DNA of 64,000 nucleotides, taken from contig CAVPCQ010000017.1 of assembly GCA_963702425.1 (NCBI GenBank), forward strand, positions 64,001 to 128,000, in the 5' to 3' direction. This document shows, one piece after another, positions 39,036 through 50,423 of this stretch. Numbering within the stretch: position 1 is the stretch's first letter; each line of letters opens with the position of its first letter. The stretch comes from an uncultured Acidobacteriota bacterium (lineage in GTDB: Bacteria > Acidobacteriota > Polarisedimenticolia > J045). The notes under the pieces were generated by a model. That model was not told the DNA's origin. It saw only the letters and a list, made by a program, of their open reading frames with translations, and did not search any database. The translations under genes were made by a program, and so were the position numbers.

Positions 39036-42000
39036 CCAGTACGGCCGCCGCACGCGCCGCCGGAAGCAGCAGTCCCATCCGCTCGGACTCGGCGAGCGCC
39101 GCCTCGGCCGCGGCCGCCGCGGCGTCGCCTTTCCCTGCCGCCGCGAGCGCTTCGGCCCGCAGTGCGGCGGCGGCGGGACGCTCGGGCTGCGGCGCCCGCT
39201 CGACCGCGAGGGCCGCGTCGAAGGCCTCGAGCGCTTCGGCCTTGCGTCCGCGCCGCAGGGCCGCCTCGCCCTGCAGGGTCAGCGCCGGCACTCGAAGGGC
39301 GGCGACGTCCGCGCCGGGAAGCGCACGCGGAGGGCCACGCGGTGCGCGTCGTTCCAGCGCCCCTCGTAGGCCAGCGCGACGCCCCGCGCCAGTTCCACCC
39401 GCGCCTCGAGGTCGGACAGACCGGGCGCATCGCGTACCGCGCGCCGGGCAACGTCGAGGTCCTCGGCCGCTTCGCGATCGCGGCCCAGCGCGGACAGCAC
39501 CTGCGCCCGCCGCACGCGCGCGTAGGTGACGTAGGCCGGCAGCGTGTGGGCGCTGAACACCGCGGCGGCGCGGGATGCGCCGTCGAGCGCGTCGGCGAGA
39601 CGGCCCTGGCGATCGAAGATCTCGGCCAGGCCGGCCCACGCCCAACCGGCGGCCTGGGAGGCCCGCTCGACCGGGGCATCGCCGGCAATCTCGCGGTACG
39701 TGGCGATCGCCGCGTCGATCTCGCCGCGCTGATACCGGATGTCGGCCAGCATCAGCCCGCTGGTGGAGGCGCTGTCGGTGCGGCCGAGCGAGCGCGCCAA
39801 GGCGACCGCTTCGGAAACGAGCGGCTCGGCCTCGTCGATGCGCCCCGTGTACTGAAGCAGGCTGCCAAGGTTGACGAGCGGGTCCAGCATGAGCGGCTCG
39901 TTCTGCAGCTGTCGCGCCACGTCGAGCGACTCGCGCAGCTGCCGCTCGGCCTGGGCGAAGTCGCCCTGCAGGTAGAACTGCACGCCACGGCGCAGCAGCG
40001 CCTCGCTCAACAGCGCGAGGTGCCCCGTCTCGCGCGCGACCGCCTCCGCCTTCTGGAGCGCGCGCTCGGCTTCCCGCGGTCGACCCAGCCGCAGCTCGTT
40101 GGCCGCGACTTCCATCTCGGATCGCGCCGCGCCGACGGTGCGCCCGGCGCGCTCGAACTGGCCCGCGGCAGAGGCAAACGCCGTGCCGGCCGCGGCGAAG
40201 TCCGCCTTCATGTCCGCCACCTGGCCGCGCGCGAACTGCGCGACAGCAAGACCTTCCGTGCTCTCGAGCTGGTCATAGAGCCGCTCGGCCGCGTCCAGCA
40301 CGGCCTCGGCCCGGGCCGGCTCATTCGCGAGCGTCAGCGTCTCGGCCTGGGCCAGGTACAGCGACGGATCGGCCGGCTCGCGCTCGAGGGCCCGCTGCAA
40401 CACGGCGAGGCTCTCGGTGAGCTGGCCCGCATCGGCAAGCGCGCTCGCGTGCAGTCGCAGGAGTCCGGCCTCGTCGGGGAACCGCTCGACCAGCGCTGCC
40501 GTCGCCGCGACCGCCTCGGCGGCGCGCCCAAAGGTGCGGGCCCAGATGGCCTTCAGCGTCAGCGACAGCCGCTCCTGCTCGGCGGTGCCGGCGTCCGGCG
40601 CCAGATCGAGGGCGTGCGTCGCCGCGTCGCGCGCTCGCGCGCCGTAGCCGGCCTCGTTCAGCGCCTCAGCGAGCCGCGCGAACGCCATCGAGTAGCCGGC
40701 GTCGAGCTCGACGGCCGCACTGAACCGCGCTACCGCCTCGTTGACCTTTCCGTCACGCAGTGCTGCCTGACCGCGTTCGTACAGCAGCCGGGCCTCGTCG
40801 GAGGCGGAGGTGAGATCGACGAGATCGACCCGGTCGTCGCGCCAGGCGGTCAACCGCCCCACGCCGGGCAGTGTCGTCCGCAGCTGCCTGGAAAGCCGTT
40901 CGGCCAGGGCGAGGGGGTCGCCGGCCTCGGCGCGCAGGGCCGGGAGTTCCGGCCGGCCGCGCGACGGTGCCGGCTCGAGCGTCGCCACGTAGCGGTCTCC
41001 TTCCTTGTACAGCGTGCCGGTGAACAGGTAATCGAGCCCCATCGCCTGCGCGACCCGCCGCGCCGCGGCCGGCTCCAGCGCCGCAGGATCGCCGCCCGCC
41101 GCTCTGGCGAGCTCGGCGGGGCCACGAACGCGCGCGAGCCGCGACGCAGAGAGATCGGTGGCGACGAGGTCGGCGATCATCGTGGCGTGCAGCGTCCCAG
41201 CCGCCTCGCCGGTGCGATCGTCGAGTGCCGCGATCGCGATCGCGAAACGCGGCGCTTCCCAGGCGGGGGGCGAGAGGAACCAGCGGGACCCCAGCGCCGC
41301 GACCGCGACGGTGGGGACCGCCAGGGCTGCGAACGAGATCGCGACGCGCCGGCGCCGGGCCGCGGCTGCAGCGTCCTGGGCCTTGACCCACTCGCCGCGC
41401 TGCGCGCGCTGGAGGTCCTCCGCCAGCGCCGCGGCGCTCGCGTAGCGCTCCTCGGGGCGCTTGCGCAGCCCGCGCTCCAGGACCGCGCGCAGGCCGGGCG
41501 TCGCATCGAAGGTCCGCGAGGCCTCGCGTGCGGCGGGAGGCTCGGTCAGGATGGCGCTGATGGTCTCTGCCTGGGTCTCGCGACGGAACGGGTGAATGCC
41601 GGTGGTCAGCTCGAAGCTGACGACCGCGAGCGAGAACAGATCGCTGGCGGGGCCCAGTTCCTCGGCACGGAGCTGTTCGGGCGACATGTACGCCACCGTA
41701 CCGACGATCGTCCCGTGGCGCGTCAGCGAGTCGTCGGCGGTCTCTGCCGTCGAGCCGATCGCGGACGCGGGCGCGCTTGGCCGCGCCAGCCCGAAGTCGA
41801 GCAGCTTGACGTGCCCGCTGCCGGAGACGATGACGTTGCCCGGCTTGACGTCGCGATGAACCAGGCCGTGCTCGTGGACCGCGCGCAGTGCCTCGGCCAG
41901 CTCCTCGCACCAGGCCAGCCGCTGATCCATGCCGATGGACGGGTCCTTGCCCGCCTCCATCAGCGTCCGGCCCTCGAGGTACTCCATCACCAGGTAGGTG

Positions 42001-42290
42001 TTGCCGTCCGCCTCGAGCACGTCGAATACGGTCGCGACGAACGGGTTCACGATCGACGCGGCGACTCGGGCTTCGCGCAGGAAGCGGGCGCGCACGTCCT
42101 GGCGCGCCAGCAGCTCCGGGTGGACCACCTTGATCGCGACGGGCCGGTGAAGGCGCGTATCCTGCGCCAGGAAGACCTCACCCATCCCGCCACGACCGAG
42201 CGGTCGCTCCATCCGGTAGGGTCCGATCTCCTGCGTGGGACCTCCCCCCTACGCCTCGGACGCTGGTCGTTCGTGGCCGTTGCGCGTCAT
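39036..42290 (-). pseudogene. Ser/Thr kinase with TM and TPR repeats; early in-frame stop, frameshift near 39310, 3' end clipped
   Basis: LGRGGMGEV, HRDVKPGN, DFGLA, GTVAYMSPE; TAG at 42249-42251; 39279-42212 remains open. Confidence 0.75.
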
Positions 42291-42374
42291 ATACGCCGCT
42301 TGGGGGCGCGGTTCAAGGGCCCTGCGACGCCGGCGAAACGCCGCGCCCGAAGGTGAGGCGGGGCGGTTGTCGAC

Positions 42375-42504
42375 CGGTCCCACGGGGCCGATCCCCGCGC
42401 CGCGCCGTGCCCGACCGCGGCCCGCCCCCGCGGCCTGCCGTTCCCCCATCCCGCCGGTCCGGGGCTACGCTCTCCGCCTCGGATTCGCGGCTTGAATCGC
42501 CTAC
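42375..42504 (+). repeat. oriIS-like module (copy 6)
   Basis: GGCTACGCTCTCCGCCTCGGATTCGCGGCTTGAATCGCCTAC. Confidence 0.75.
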
Positions 42505-42595
42505 TGCAGCGCTCCGGCCGCAATCAAGTCGATGACCTTCGCGATCCGCCGGTGCACTCTAGCGATCGGACCCCGATCGGGTGTGAGATCCGTCC

Positions 42596-43535
42596 ATGGA
42601 CGCCTTTCTCGACAAGCACGTCGACAAGATCCACGGCTCGCTCTCCTGTTTCGACCGCGTGCTCTTCCGGGACTACCTGCCGTTCTTTTCCAGCCGCGAG
42701 ATCACGCCGTTCCTCGAACGCCAGAAGGTCCGGCCCGACGGCCTGAAGGACTTCCTCGTCGGGCAGGCCGAGCGTTTGAAGCAGCACGTGCGCCCACTAG
42801 CCCAGCGCCAGGGCCGGCCCTTCCTGGTCTTCGCGGAGCGGGTGCGCAGGGACGAGACGGCACGCGAGATCGCCGCGCGGAGTGGGATCACGGAAGGACT
42901 GGCGTGCGTGCTGTCGACGCTCGAGCCGTGCTGGACGTTCATGCTCCGCTGGGATGAAGCACGACAGCGTCTGCCGGCGGGTCGGGACCGTGATCAACGA
43001 GCCCGGCGAGTTCCGGTTACGCCGCCGCGGCGGCCGCCGCGTGACGGCGTGTGCCGCCCTTGAGGAAGAGCGTGTCCACCCTCTTCCGCTACCGCGAGAT
43101 CTCGCTCCAGAGCAACGCGCGGTATCTCAATGCCCTGGCCCAGGTCGATGATCCCTCGACGGGCGTGCACGTCCTGGACTCCCTCACGACACGCAAGAAG
43201 ACCGCCGCCGCGCGGCCGGCCAACCCCTTCCATCCGCTCTCTCGACCCGAAACTCAGCTCTTCGCCGCCCTGATGCGCGCGAATGCGCTCCACGGATTCA
43301 CGAATCACGACCTCAGCAACAGGCTCGACCCCGCCGCGTTTCGCCTTGACGACGATCCCCGCAAGCGCAACGCCCAGATCAGCCGGCTTCTTCATGGGCT
43401 CCACGTCTGCCGACTGATCGCCAAGATCCCGCGCTGCCGCCGCTCACGGTCACCGACTTCGGCTGGCGCGTCATGAGCACGGCTCTCGAGTTGCGCTACC
43501 GGGAGTTTCCAGCCCCCTTCACTGGTTTCGCTTGA
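42596..43535 (+). pseudogene. Transposase-like protein with C-terminal wHTH, internally deleted and frameshifted
   Basis: MDAFLDKHVDKIHGSLSCFDRVLFR; TVINEPGEF; LRKSV...NARYLNALA; HGFTNHDL...LIAKIPR. Confidence 0.6.
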
Positions 43536-43631
43536 AGCGGCTGCCCACTTCTCTGCAGAATACGGAGAAGTTGCGAAGAGAAGAGCTACCCGCCCTCCTC
43601 CTCGAGGCCACAGTTGAGAGGGATGCTGACG

Positions 43632-44696
43632 ATGAAGCTGGAAGACCTGGGATACGACGAATTCTTTGAAGAAGGGCGCGAGGCGTCCGGGTTTCCAAGC
43701 TGCGCGGTAGCGCGGGTCGCGGCGGAGCACAGGGGTTTCTACAGGATCATCAGCCCGGACGGCGAGTGCCTGGCCGAGGTCGCCGGGAAACTGGCCCACG
43801 CGGCGTTGAAACGGGAGGATTACCCGGCGGTGGGGGACTGGGTGGCCGTTACCGGGATGGAGCCGGGGCCGGCGGTGATCCACGGCATCCTGCCGAGGAG
43901 GACGCTGCTCAGGAGGATGAACTCCGGTCGGCCGGAACCCCAGGTGATCGCCGCCAACATCGATCTCGCCTTCATCGTCGAGTCCATCGACCGCGACTTC
44001 AACCTGAACCGCCTGGAGAGGTACCTGGCCATCGCCTGGGACGCCGGCATCAAGACCACGGTCATCCTGAACAAGATCGACCTGATCTCCGTTCCTGAGC
44101 GGTCGTCATTCAGCTCTCGCATCGAGAGCAGGTTCCATACCGGCGAGGTCCTCATGGTGAGTGCCGCTTCAGGTGAGGGCCTGGGTGGATTGACGAACCG
44201 CATCCCGAGAGGAAAAACCGGCTGCTTCCTGGGGTCCTCGGGGGTCGGCAAGTCCAGCCTGATCAACCGGCTGCTCGAAGCAGCGGTCATCCGGACGGAA
44301 GTGATCAGCGCTCATACCGGACAGGGCCAACACACCACGACGGCCAGGGAAATGTACTTCATGAAGAACGGCGGGATCGTCGTCGACAACCCGGGCATGC
44401 GGGAAGTGGGAGTGGCGGCCTCGGCGACCGTGATCGAGGACACCTTCGAGGATGTGGCCGAACTGGCCGGGCGGTGCGCCTTCCGGGATTGCACGCATGA
44501 GCACGAACCGGGATGCGCGGTGCGCGAGGCGATTGAAACCGGCGGGTTGGACCGGAAGAGGTTCGCCAATTACCTCAAACTGAAGCAGGAAGCGGAGCAC
44601 TTCGAGATGACGGCGCTGGAAAAGCGGCGGAAAGACCGGAGTTTCGGGCAGTACGTCAAGCGGGCGAAGAAGCAGTCCAGGAAACCGAGGGATTGA
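43632..44696 (+). CDS. rsgA: Ribosome small subunit-dependent GTPase A
   Basis: PAVGDWV, LNKID, GSSGVGKS, HTTT, DNPGMRE, CAFRDCTHEHEPGC. Confidence 0.95.
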   Translation: MKLEDLGYDEFFEEGREASGFPSCAVARVAAEHRGFYRIISPDGECLAEVAGKLAHAALKREDYPAVGDWVAVTGMEPGPAVIHGILPRRTLLRRMNSGRPEPQVIAANIDLAFIVESIDRDFNLNRLERYLAIAWDAGIKTTVILNKIDLISVPERSSFSSRIESRFHTGEVLMVSAASGEGLGGLTNRIPRGKTGCFLGSSGVGKSSLINRLLEAAVIRTEVISAHTGQGQHTTTAREMYFMKNGGIVVDNPGMREVGVAASATVIEDTFEDVAELAGRCAFRDCTHEHEPGCAVREAIETGGLDRKRFANYLKLKQEAEHFEMTALEKRRKDRSFGQYVKRAKKQSRKPRD

Positions 44697-45099
44697 GGCA
44701 CACCGGTTGGCCGGCAGCATCAAGGAGAAGGACATCGCGGGAACGACAACTTCCGGGATGTGGCTCCGAGCGCGGAAGGTCTCGGACGGGGGGAGCGGAT
44801 CCGCGAGCTTGTCGGTCGCATGAGCTTGATGGAGAGGATGGGGCAAGCGGATCGGGGGGCCTTGGTAGGGTCGAGCACTGGCGCGGTACTTCTTGGATGC
44901 GGCCCATCCGTTGCTTGTGCTTCGCCAAGATCGCATCCACGCGTCGGCACGACTGATGCCTCGGTGAATGCCGGGGCAAGAGGCACTCGCGACGGCATCG
45001 GCGACGGTCGCGCCCAACGGCTGGCAGAAATGGCGGCGGGGAGAGCGACACCAAGGAACACGCGCTCGGCGACGACGCGGCGGCCGCCGCAGAGACGAC

Positions 45100-45618
45100 A
45101 TGGCCGAGCTTCTGGATCGCGCCGTGAAGGCGTGGCGCGCCCCTCGACAAGTTCTCGGCCGCCATCCGGTAGACGAGAGCGCGGATGTCGACCGTTGTGC
45201 TCGGGTCTCCAGCGTGGCGCCGCGATTTCCCACGCCCCTACCGTCTGAAGCCTTCGCGCTGCCAGCGCATGACGGTTGCGGGCTGCACGATGGCGAGCGC
45301 CTCCTCCCATCGGGTCCACCAGCGGGGCAGAGCCAGCCAGAGGAAGCCGTCGATGACGAGAAGGCGGGGCCGGGGATTCTTCCGCTGGAGGACGACAAGC
45401 TGCTGGCGGAGCGCGAGGTTCTCGATCAGAAGATGGGCGCGGCCGGCGAAGTTCGCGACGAGAGCCCGGAGGACGGCAAGGAGGCGGTGGAGCATCCATG
45501 CACGATGGCGGCCGTAGGGAGTGAGAGCAGCCGGGCTCATCCGCGGGCGATTCGGGTATCCTGCATGGAAGCGCAACTCGTTGAAGGGCAAGGCGGACGG
45601 GGTTTTTCGCGAAGGACA
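45100..45618 (-). pseudogene. rve-element 5' remnant abutting an oriIS module
   Basis: Left end TGTCCTTCGCGAAAAACC at 45618; LIENLALRQQLVVL...MRWQREGFRR*. Confidence 0.75.
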
Positions 45619-45655
45619 GCTCTCCGCCTCAGAAACCGCGGCTTGTATCGTTTCC
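45619..45655 (+). repeat. Degenerate oriIS-like end (copy 7)
   Basis: GCTCTCCGCCTCAGAAACCGCGGCTTGTATCGTTT. Confidence 0.65.
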
Positions 45656-45958
45656 GTGCCCTCATCGAACGTCTGGTTCACGACGGACTTCGACACAAGA
45701 TCCCGGTAGAGGCCGGGCAAACGCGACCACGCGGCCTTTCGGCCGTGCTGGACGTGCACGACGCGGCCGGTCGCCCTGTTCGAACTCAGCAGTTTCCACT
45801 TCCCTTGACGGCTCCACCTCGGGTGGTGGATTCTGCGGCCGGCCGCCCTAGATTCTGCCGTGATGTTCGGCTTCTCTCGAGACGGGAGGTCGCTCGCCGC
45901 CGTTTCAAATTCATGACTTTTCCTCCGCGCGGGTGGTCATCCGTAAAGTTGATTGCCG

Positions 45959-47125
45959 ATGAGAGTACTGACCCTGTTCGGTACGCGTCCCGAAGTCATC
46001 AAGCTTGCTCCCGTGATCCGGGAGCTGGAAGCGGCCGGCGAGTTCACGACAGTCAACGTGCATTCCGGCCAGCACGAAGGTCTGGCACAGCCCTTCGTCG
46101 AGGCGTTCGGCATACGGGTCGACCACGATCTCAGGGTCATGCGGCCGTGCCAGACCCCGAGCGACGTCTGCTCTCGCGTGCTCGACGCTCTTGACGGAGT
46201 GCTCGTGCGGGAAGCCCCTGACGCGATTCTCGTGCAGGGTGATACCACAACCGCTCTCGCTGGGGCCCTGTGTGCGTTCCATGCCAGGATTCCTGTGGGG
46301 CACGTGGAGGCAGGCCTGCGATCGGGCAACGATCTTAGCCCGCACCCGGAGGAGATGAACCGTCGGCTCATCACGCGGCTTGCGACCTGGCACTTCGCAG
46401 CCACCGAACTGAATCGCGAGAACCTCCTCCGCGAAGGCGTAGCGGACGCGCAAATCTTCGTCACTGGAAACCCTGTCGTCGATTCGGTCCAGCGTGTCTA
46501 CCAGCGGCTGCGGCCGGGCCGGGCTCTCCAGCGGGTCCAGGCCGAGATGCGGCACTCCCGCATCCTCGTCCTGACCACGCACCGGCGGGAGAGCTTCGGA
46601 GAAGCGATGATGGAGAACCTGCGAGTACTCCGCCGTTTCGTGAACGAGCACCCCGACGTCGGCCTCGTGTTTCCCGTGCACCCCAACCCGACGGTGGTGA
46701 GCGCAGCACGCAGCGTCCTCAGTGACCACCCCCGCGTGCTCCTGATCGAGCCCCTCGGTTACGAGGACTTCATCGCTCTCCTTTCCGCAGCGTGGCTCGT
46801 CGTGTCCGACTCCGGCGGTATCCAGGAGGAGGCCCCCAGCGTCGGGCGCCCCCTCCTGATCCTCCGCGAGAACACTGAGCGGCCGGAAGCCGTAAGCTCC
46901 GGTGTCGCACGCCTCGTCGGTGGGTGTCCAGAGCGCCTGGCGGCCATGCTGGAGGAGGCGGCTTCGCCAGGGTCCTGGGCCGAGACGGCGGGCACGGTGG
47001 CCAATCCTTTTGGCCGTGGAGACGCCGGCATCATCATTGCGCGGACGTTGCGCGGACTGTTGAGGGGAAGATCGGAGCCTCGGGCGTACGCCCCGGAAGT
47101 TGGTCCGACTCCAGAGGATTCTTAG
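45959..47125 (+). CDS. wecB: UDP-N-acetylglucosamine 2-epimerase (non-hydrolysing)
   Basis: FGTRPEVIKLAP, VQGDTTT, HVEAGLRS, HRRES, SDSGGIQEEAP, TERPE. Confidence 0.95.
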   Translation: MRVLTLFGTRPEVIKLAPVIRELEAAGEFTTVNVHSGQHEGLAQPFVEAFGIRVDHDLRVMRPCQTPSDVCSRVLDALDGVLVREAPDAILVQGDTTTALAGALCAFHARIPVGHVEAGLRSGNDLSPHPEEMNRRLITRLATWHFAATELNRENLLREGVADAQIFVTGNPVVDSVQRVYQRLRPGRALQRVQAEMRHSRILVLTTHRRESFGEAMMENLRVLRRFVNEHPDVGLVFPVHPNPTVVSAARSVLSDHPRVLLIEPLGYEDFIALLSAAWLVVSDSGGIQEEAPSVGRPLLILRENTERPEAVSSGVARLVGGCPERLAAMLEEAASPGSWAETAGTVANPFGRGDAGIIIARTLRGLLRGRSEPRAYAPEVGPTPEDS

Positions 47126-47479
47126 GAAGGTTGGTACTGCGTCGATAGTGACCAGGATTGGAATGGGCCCGGCTCACCGAATAGCAGATCTCGGGAGACG
47201 ATACCGTCCGATCGCCGTGAAAGAGGGGATGTTGCCTTCTGCCAGAGAAGATCGAATGGTACAGTCGCTGTCAAGTCAAGCAGGGTGATCGCCCTGTCGA
47301 AGTAGGCGCGAAGGAGAGTCGGCCGCTGAGCCAGACGCTGATGGCCGTTGTGGCGCATGGCGCGGAGTCCGTTGAGGTCGTGCGGGCAGAGATCCGCGAC
47401 GACCGGACCCTGGGGCCAGGCCTCATCGCTTCGACGGGATGAAACTGCGAGGCATGGTCCGGCAAGTGATGTCCGCGCG

Positions 47480-47546
47480 GCCAGGCGGCCTGCCGCTCCC
47501 CTTCCCGCAGGCCCCGCCTCGGAGATCGCCGCTTGAATCGCTTGTC
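47480..47546 (+). repeat. Degenerate oriIS-like end (copy 8)
   Basis: GCGGCCTGCCGCTCCCCTTCCCGCAGG...CCGCCTCGGA...GCTTGAATCGCTTGTC. Confidence 0.6.
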
Positions 47547-47549
47547 TGC

Positions 47550-47700
47550 GGCCGGCCACCTGTTCGGGGAGAGCCCGGTGTCGTGCCTGAAGCACGCGGC
47601 GCTCAGCCGGGCAACCGACGGCTGGCGGAGGATCTCGATCACCGACTTCGAGCGACATCGGTTCAAGCGCGTCGCGGAGGAAACACGGAGGGCGTACCAG
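47550..47700 (+). pseudogene. IS256-like transposase C-terminal remnant
   Basis: HLFGE...AALSRATDGWRRISITDFERHRFKRVAEE. Confidence 0.45.
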
Positions 47701-48099
47701 GTGGCAACGGAACCGGTCACGAGACCGCTCTGGCCATGTATCCGGTCGGCCCGACCATCAGGGGCGCCGAGCAACTGCAGTCGCTGCTTCGTTGTCGGGT
47801 CGTGGTTCGCGCTTCTCACGTCGCGGGGTTTCAGGATCCGCGATTGACGAGCACTGCGATACCTTCGGGGCCGGGATCACGCTCTTCGATGACGGAGCAG
47901 GGGCCGCGCGAGGGTCCGGGGGGGAGGAGTGGCAGACGTGACTGGCTGGCGGCCCCTCGCCACCCGTTCCCCGGCCGCGGTTGCGCGCGCGGGGTCGAAT
48001 CAGTTACGGTTTAGAAGTTGACTGCGCTGCCTCGTTCCGGGATTGAGCCCCGAACGGCCGGAAAGGCGCAACCGTGACCGGCCCGAGGAGTTATCCGCC

Positions 48100-48640
48100 G
48101 ATCTCTTCCAGCATGGGTGAGGCGAGGCGCACGCGCCGATGCTCGGGTGCGTGGCGGCGCACACCTCGCCCCCCGCGGCCTCTGTCGTGGTCGCTGACTG
48201 GTCAACCGACAAGATGCCGAGGATCCTCTCCGAGTACTCCTTACTCTCGCGCGTTCGGGGGATTGGTGCGAGAGGTGGTGCGGACGGCATCGACCGCCAC
48301 CGCTGCCTCCAACACGGCTGGATGGGGAAGAGCGTCGCCGGCGAGCCTCTGCCCGTCGTCGACCTCCGGCCGATGGGATCGACCCAGAAGAGCATCTGGG
48401 CGGGGCGCGACCGCACCGGCTACGGGCAGTACTCCGCGGGAGCTTCGCCCCTCTCTTTGCTGGCGAGCGCTGCCTTCCGGCTGCCACAGCATTCCGTTCT
48501 CCGCGGAGACGTGGCGATGATCTGGGAACACCTTCGAAGGGCAGCCCAGAGCGCCCCCCAATGCGGGCACGCGGCGTCTCACCGTTGCTGGCGAGGCTGC
48601 CGACGCGGGTGTCTCGGGCGCAGCGAGGGCGAGGCGACGC
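48100..48640 (+). pseudogene. Degraded GT2 paralog of 62801-63748
   Basis: GIDRHRCLQHGW...LRPMGSTQKSIWAGRDRTGYGQY matches the intact gene. Confidence 0.7.
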
Positions 48641-48697
48641 GACCGCTCGGCGTGAGGAAGGCCGCAATCTGGCGGGCTGCGCACGGGAGCGTGGAGC

Positions 48698-49489
48698 GTG
48701 GGTAGCGGGGGCGCGGAGGACAGGAGAAGGCTCGAGGTCGTCGGGTGCCCGTTCGACCCCGTGACGATGGAATCCGCGGTGGCGCGATGTGTCGAGTGGT
48801 GTCGAGGCCCGCGGGCTCCCCACACCGTGATCACAGCCAACGCCGCCATCCTGTGCATGATGCGCAGAGACCCGGAGCTCCGCGACGCTTGTCGCCGCGG
48901 CGACCTCATCGTGGCTGACGGCATGCCGGTGGTGTGGACCTCGCGACTGGCGGGGAGCCCGCTGCCGGAGCGCGTGGCCGGAGTCGACCTCATGACGCGG
49001 CTCCTGGAGGCGGGTGACCGCAACCACTTGCGCGTTTACTTCCTCGGGGCGCGACCGGAGGTGGTGAAGGAGCTCACGGGGCACTGCGGGCGCAGCTACC
49101 CCGGACTGACCGTCTGCGGCGCTCGCGACGGCTACTTCGACCCCACCGACGACGGACGGATCGTCGACGCGGTCAGGAAGAGTGCGGCCGACCTGCTCTT
49201 CGTGGGAATGCCAAGCCCCTTCAAGGAGACCTGGTGCGAGCGGCACCGGGTTGCCCTCGACGTACCGGTGATCATGGGAGTCGGGGGCGGCTTCGACGCC
49301 GTCACCGGCTATGTACGGCGGGCCCCGCGCCTCCTGCAGTCGATGGGCCTCGAATGGTCTTGGCGGCTGGCGATGGAGCCCCGCAAGATGTGGAAGCGCT
49401 ACCTGTTCACGAACACCGAGTTCCTGTGGCTCGCTGCAGGCGAGGTGTGGCGCGGGCGACGCTCGGGAGGCATGGCCAGACCCGGATGA
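48698..49489 (+). CDS. WecB/TagA/CpsF-family glycosyltransferase
   Basis: ITANA, VADGMPVVW, ERVAGVDL, FVGMPSPFKE, GVGGGFD, GLEWSWRL. Confidence 0.92.
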   Translation: MGSGGAEDRRRLEVVGCPFDPVTMESAVARCVEWCRGPRAPHTVITANAAILCMMRRDPELRDACRRGDLIVADGMPVVWTSRLAGSPLPERVAGVDLMTRLLEAGDRNHLRVYFLGARPEVVKELTGHCGRSYPGLTVCGARDGYFDPTDDGRIVDAVRKSAADLLFVGMPSPFKETWCERHRVALDVPVIMGVGGGFDAVTGYVRRAPRLLQSMGLEWSWRLAMEPRKMWKRYLFTNTEFLWLAAGEVWRGRRSGGMARPG

Positions 49490-49847
49490 TGCTGGCGGCC
49501 CGGCGCATGGAGCGGATCGACGACCGGCTCGAGGTCGGACACCCCTACATGGCCTTCGTCCGGGGCGACACTGTGACGGTGTTCGTGGCGGCCCTCGCCT
49601 CCTTCCACCGGAAGATCCCGATCGACCAGGGCGGTCACCGTCAGACCCGTCTGAAGGTCGATGAGATCGCCTCAGACACCGGCCTCCGTCTCGATCACCT
49701 CGGGCAGTTCTGCAGCGGCGCGAGCGAGGGGTTCTGGCCGCGCTCGACGGCCGCGGGGAGAGAGACGATGGCGCAGTTGCGGCGCGAGGGAACTGGCATG
49801 CTAGGATTCCATGGGGATTCGAGTTGTTCGCGCAGGGCGGGAACGAA

Positions 49848-50297
49848 GTGAGCGGCAAGATCGAGACGAACGACGTGCTTCGCGCGGCCGCCGAGGCCAT
49901 ATGGGTCGCCGCTCAGCGGGAGACATGGGCGTCCCTCCTCCTCGTCCCGGCGGAGCCTGGCCTGTCTACGGCCGCCCTCGCGGAAGCAGTGGCAGCGGTC
50001 GGCACCGCCCAGAGGGGCGAGCGCGTCGAGGCGCTCGACCTGCGCGGGCTGTCCCTCGAGGGCTCCCGGACCGCGGCCGAGATGCTCGCCGACGAGTCCA
50101 CCCCCTACCAGCGGGTCGCCGCCATCGACTGCCCCACCGATAGCCAGACCGCGCTCCTGCTCGCGTCCGCCGCGGGTGCGAGCATTCTGGTCGTCGAACT
50201 GGAACGCACGGAGTCGGCGGCGGCGCGCAGGGTGATGGACCTCGTGGGACCCGCGCGTTTCCTTGGGGCGGTCGTCGCATCGCCCAGCCCCACCTGA
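49848..50297 (+). CDS. CpsD/CapB-like small exopolysaccharide export accessory protein
   Basis: WASLLLVPAEPG...AIDCP...ILVVEL...RFLGAVV; context. Confidence 0.55.
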   Translation: MSGKIETNDVLRAAAEAIWVAAQRETWASLLLVPAEPGLSTAALAEAVAAVGTAQRGERVEALDLRGLSLEGSRTAAEMLADESTPYQRVAAIDCPTDSQTALLLASAAGASILVVELERTESAAARRVMDLVGPARFLGAVVASPSPT

Positions 50298-50423
50298 GCG
50301 GGCGCTACTCGACGATGACCGCGTCGCCCGGCAGCGGCGCGAACGACACACATGTCCCGTTGGGCAGCGGGAGCAGGCACCAGTCGAAGCGGCTGCGGAG
50401 TGGGCCTGGGGCGCCCGCCCCGG

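Noticed and set aside
38548-39369. Reverse transcriptase, retron or DGR
   Set aside because: Only an intron RT N-terminal stub with no YADD motif; the ORF is a chimera
481-47546. Recurrent motif as integron attC sites
   Set aside because: No GTTRRRY/RYYYAAC boxes, no tyrosine integrase, and the motif sits at a fixed distance after IS91-type transposase tails
49486-49851. Small ORF coupled between GT and CpsD-like genes
   Set aside because: Possibly real, but no motif supports a functional call
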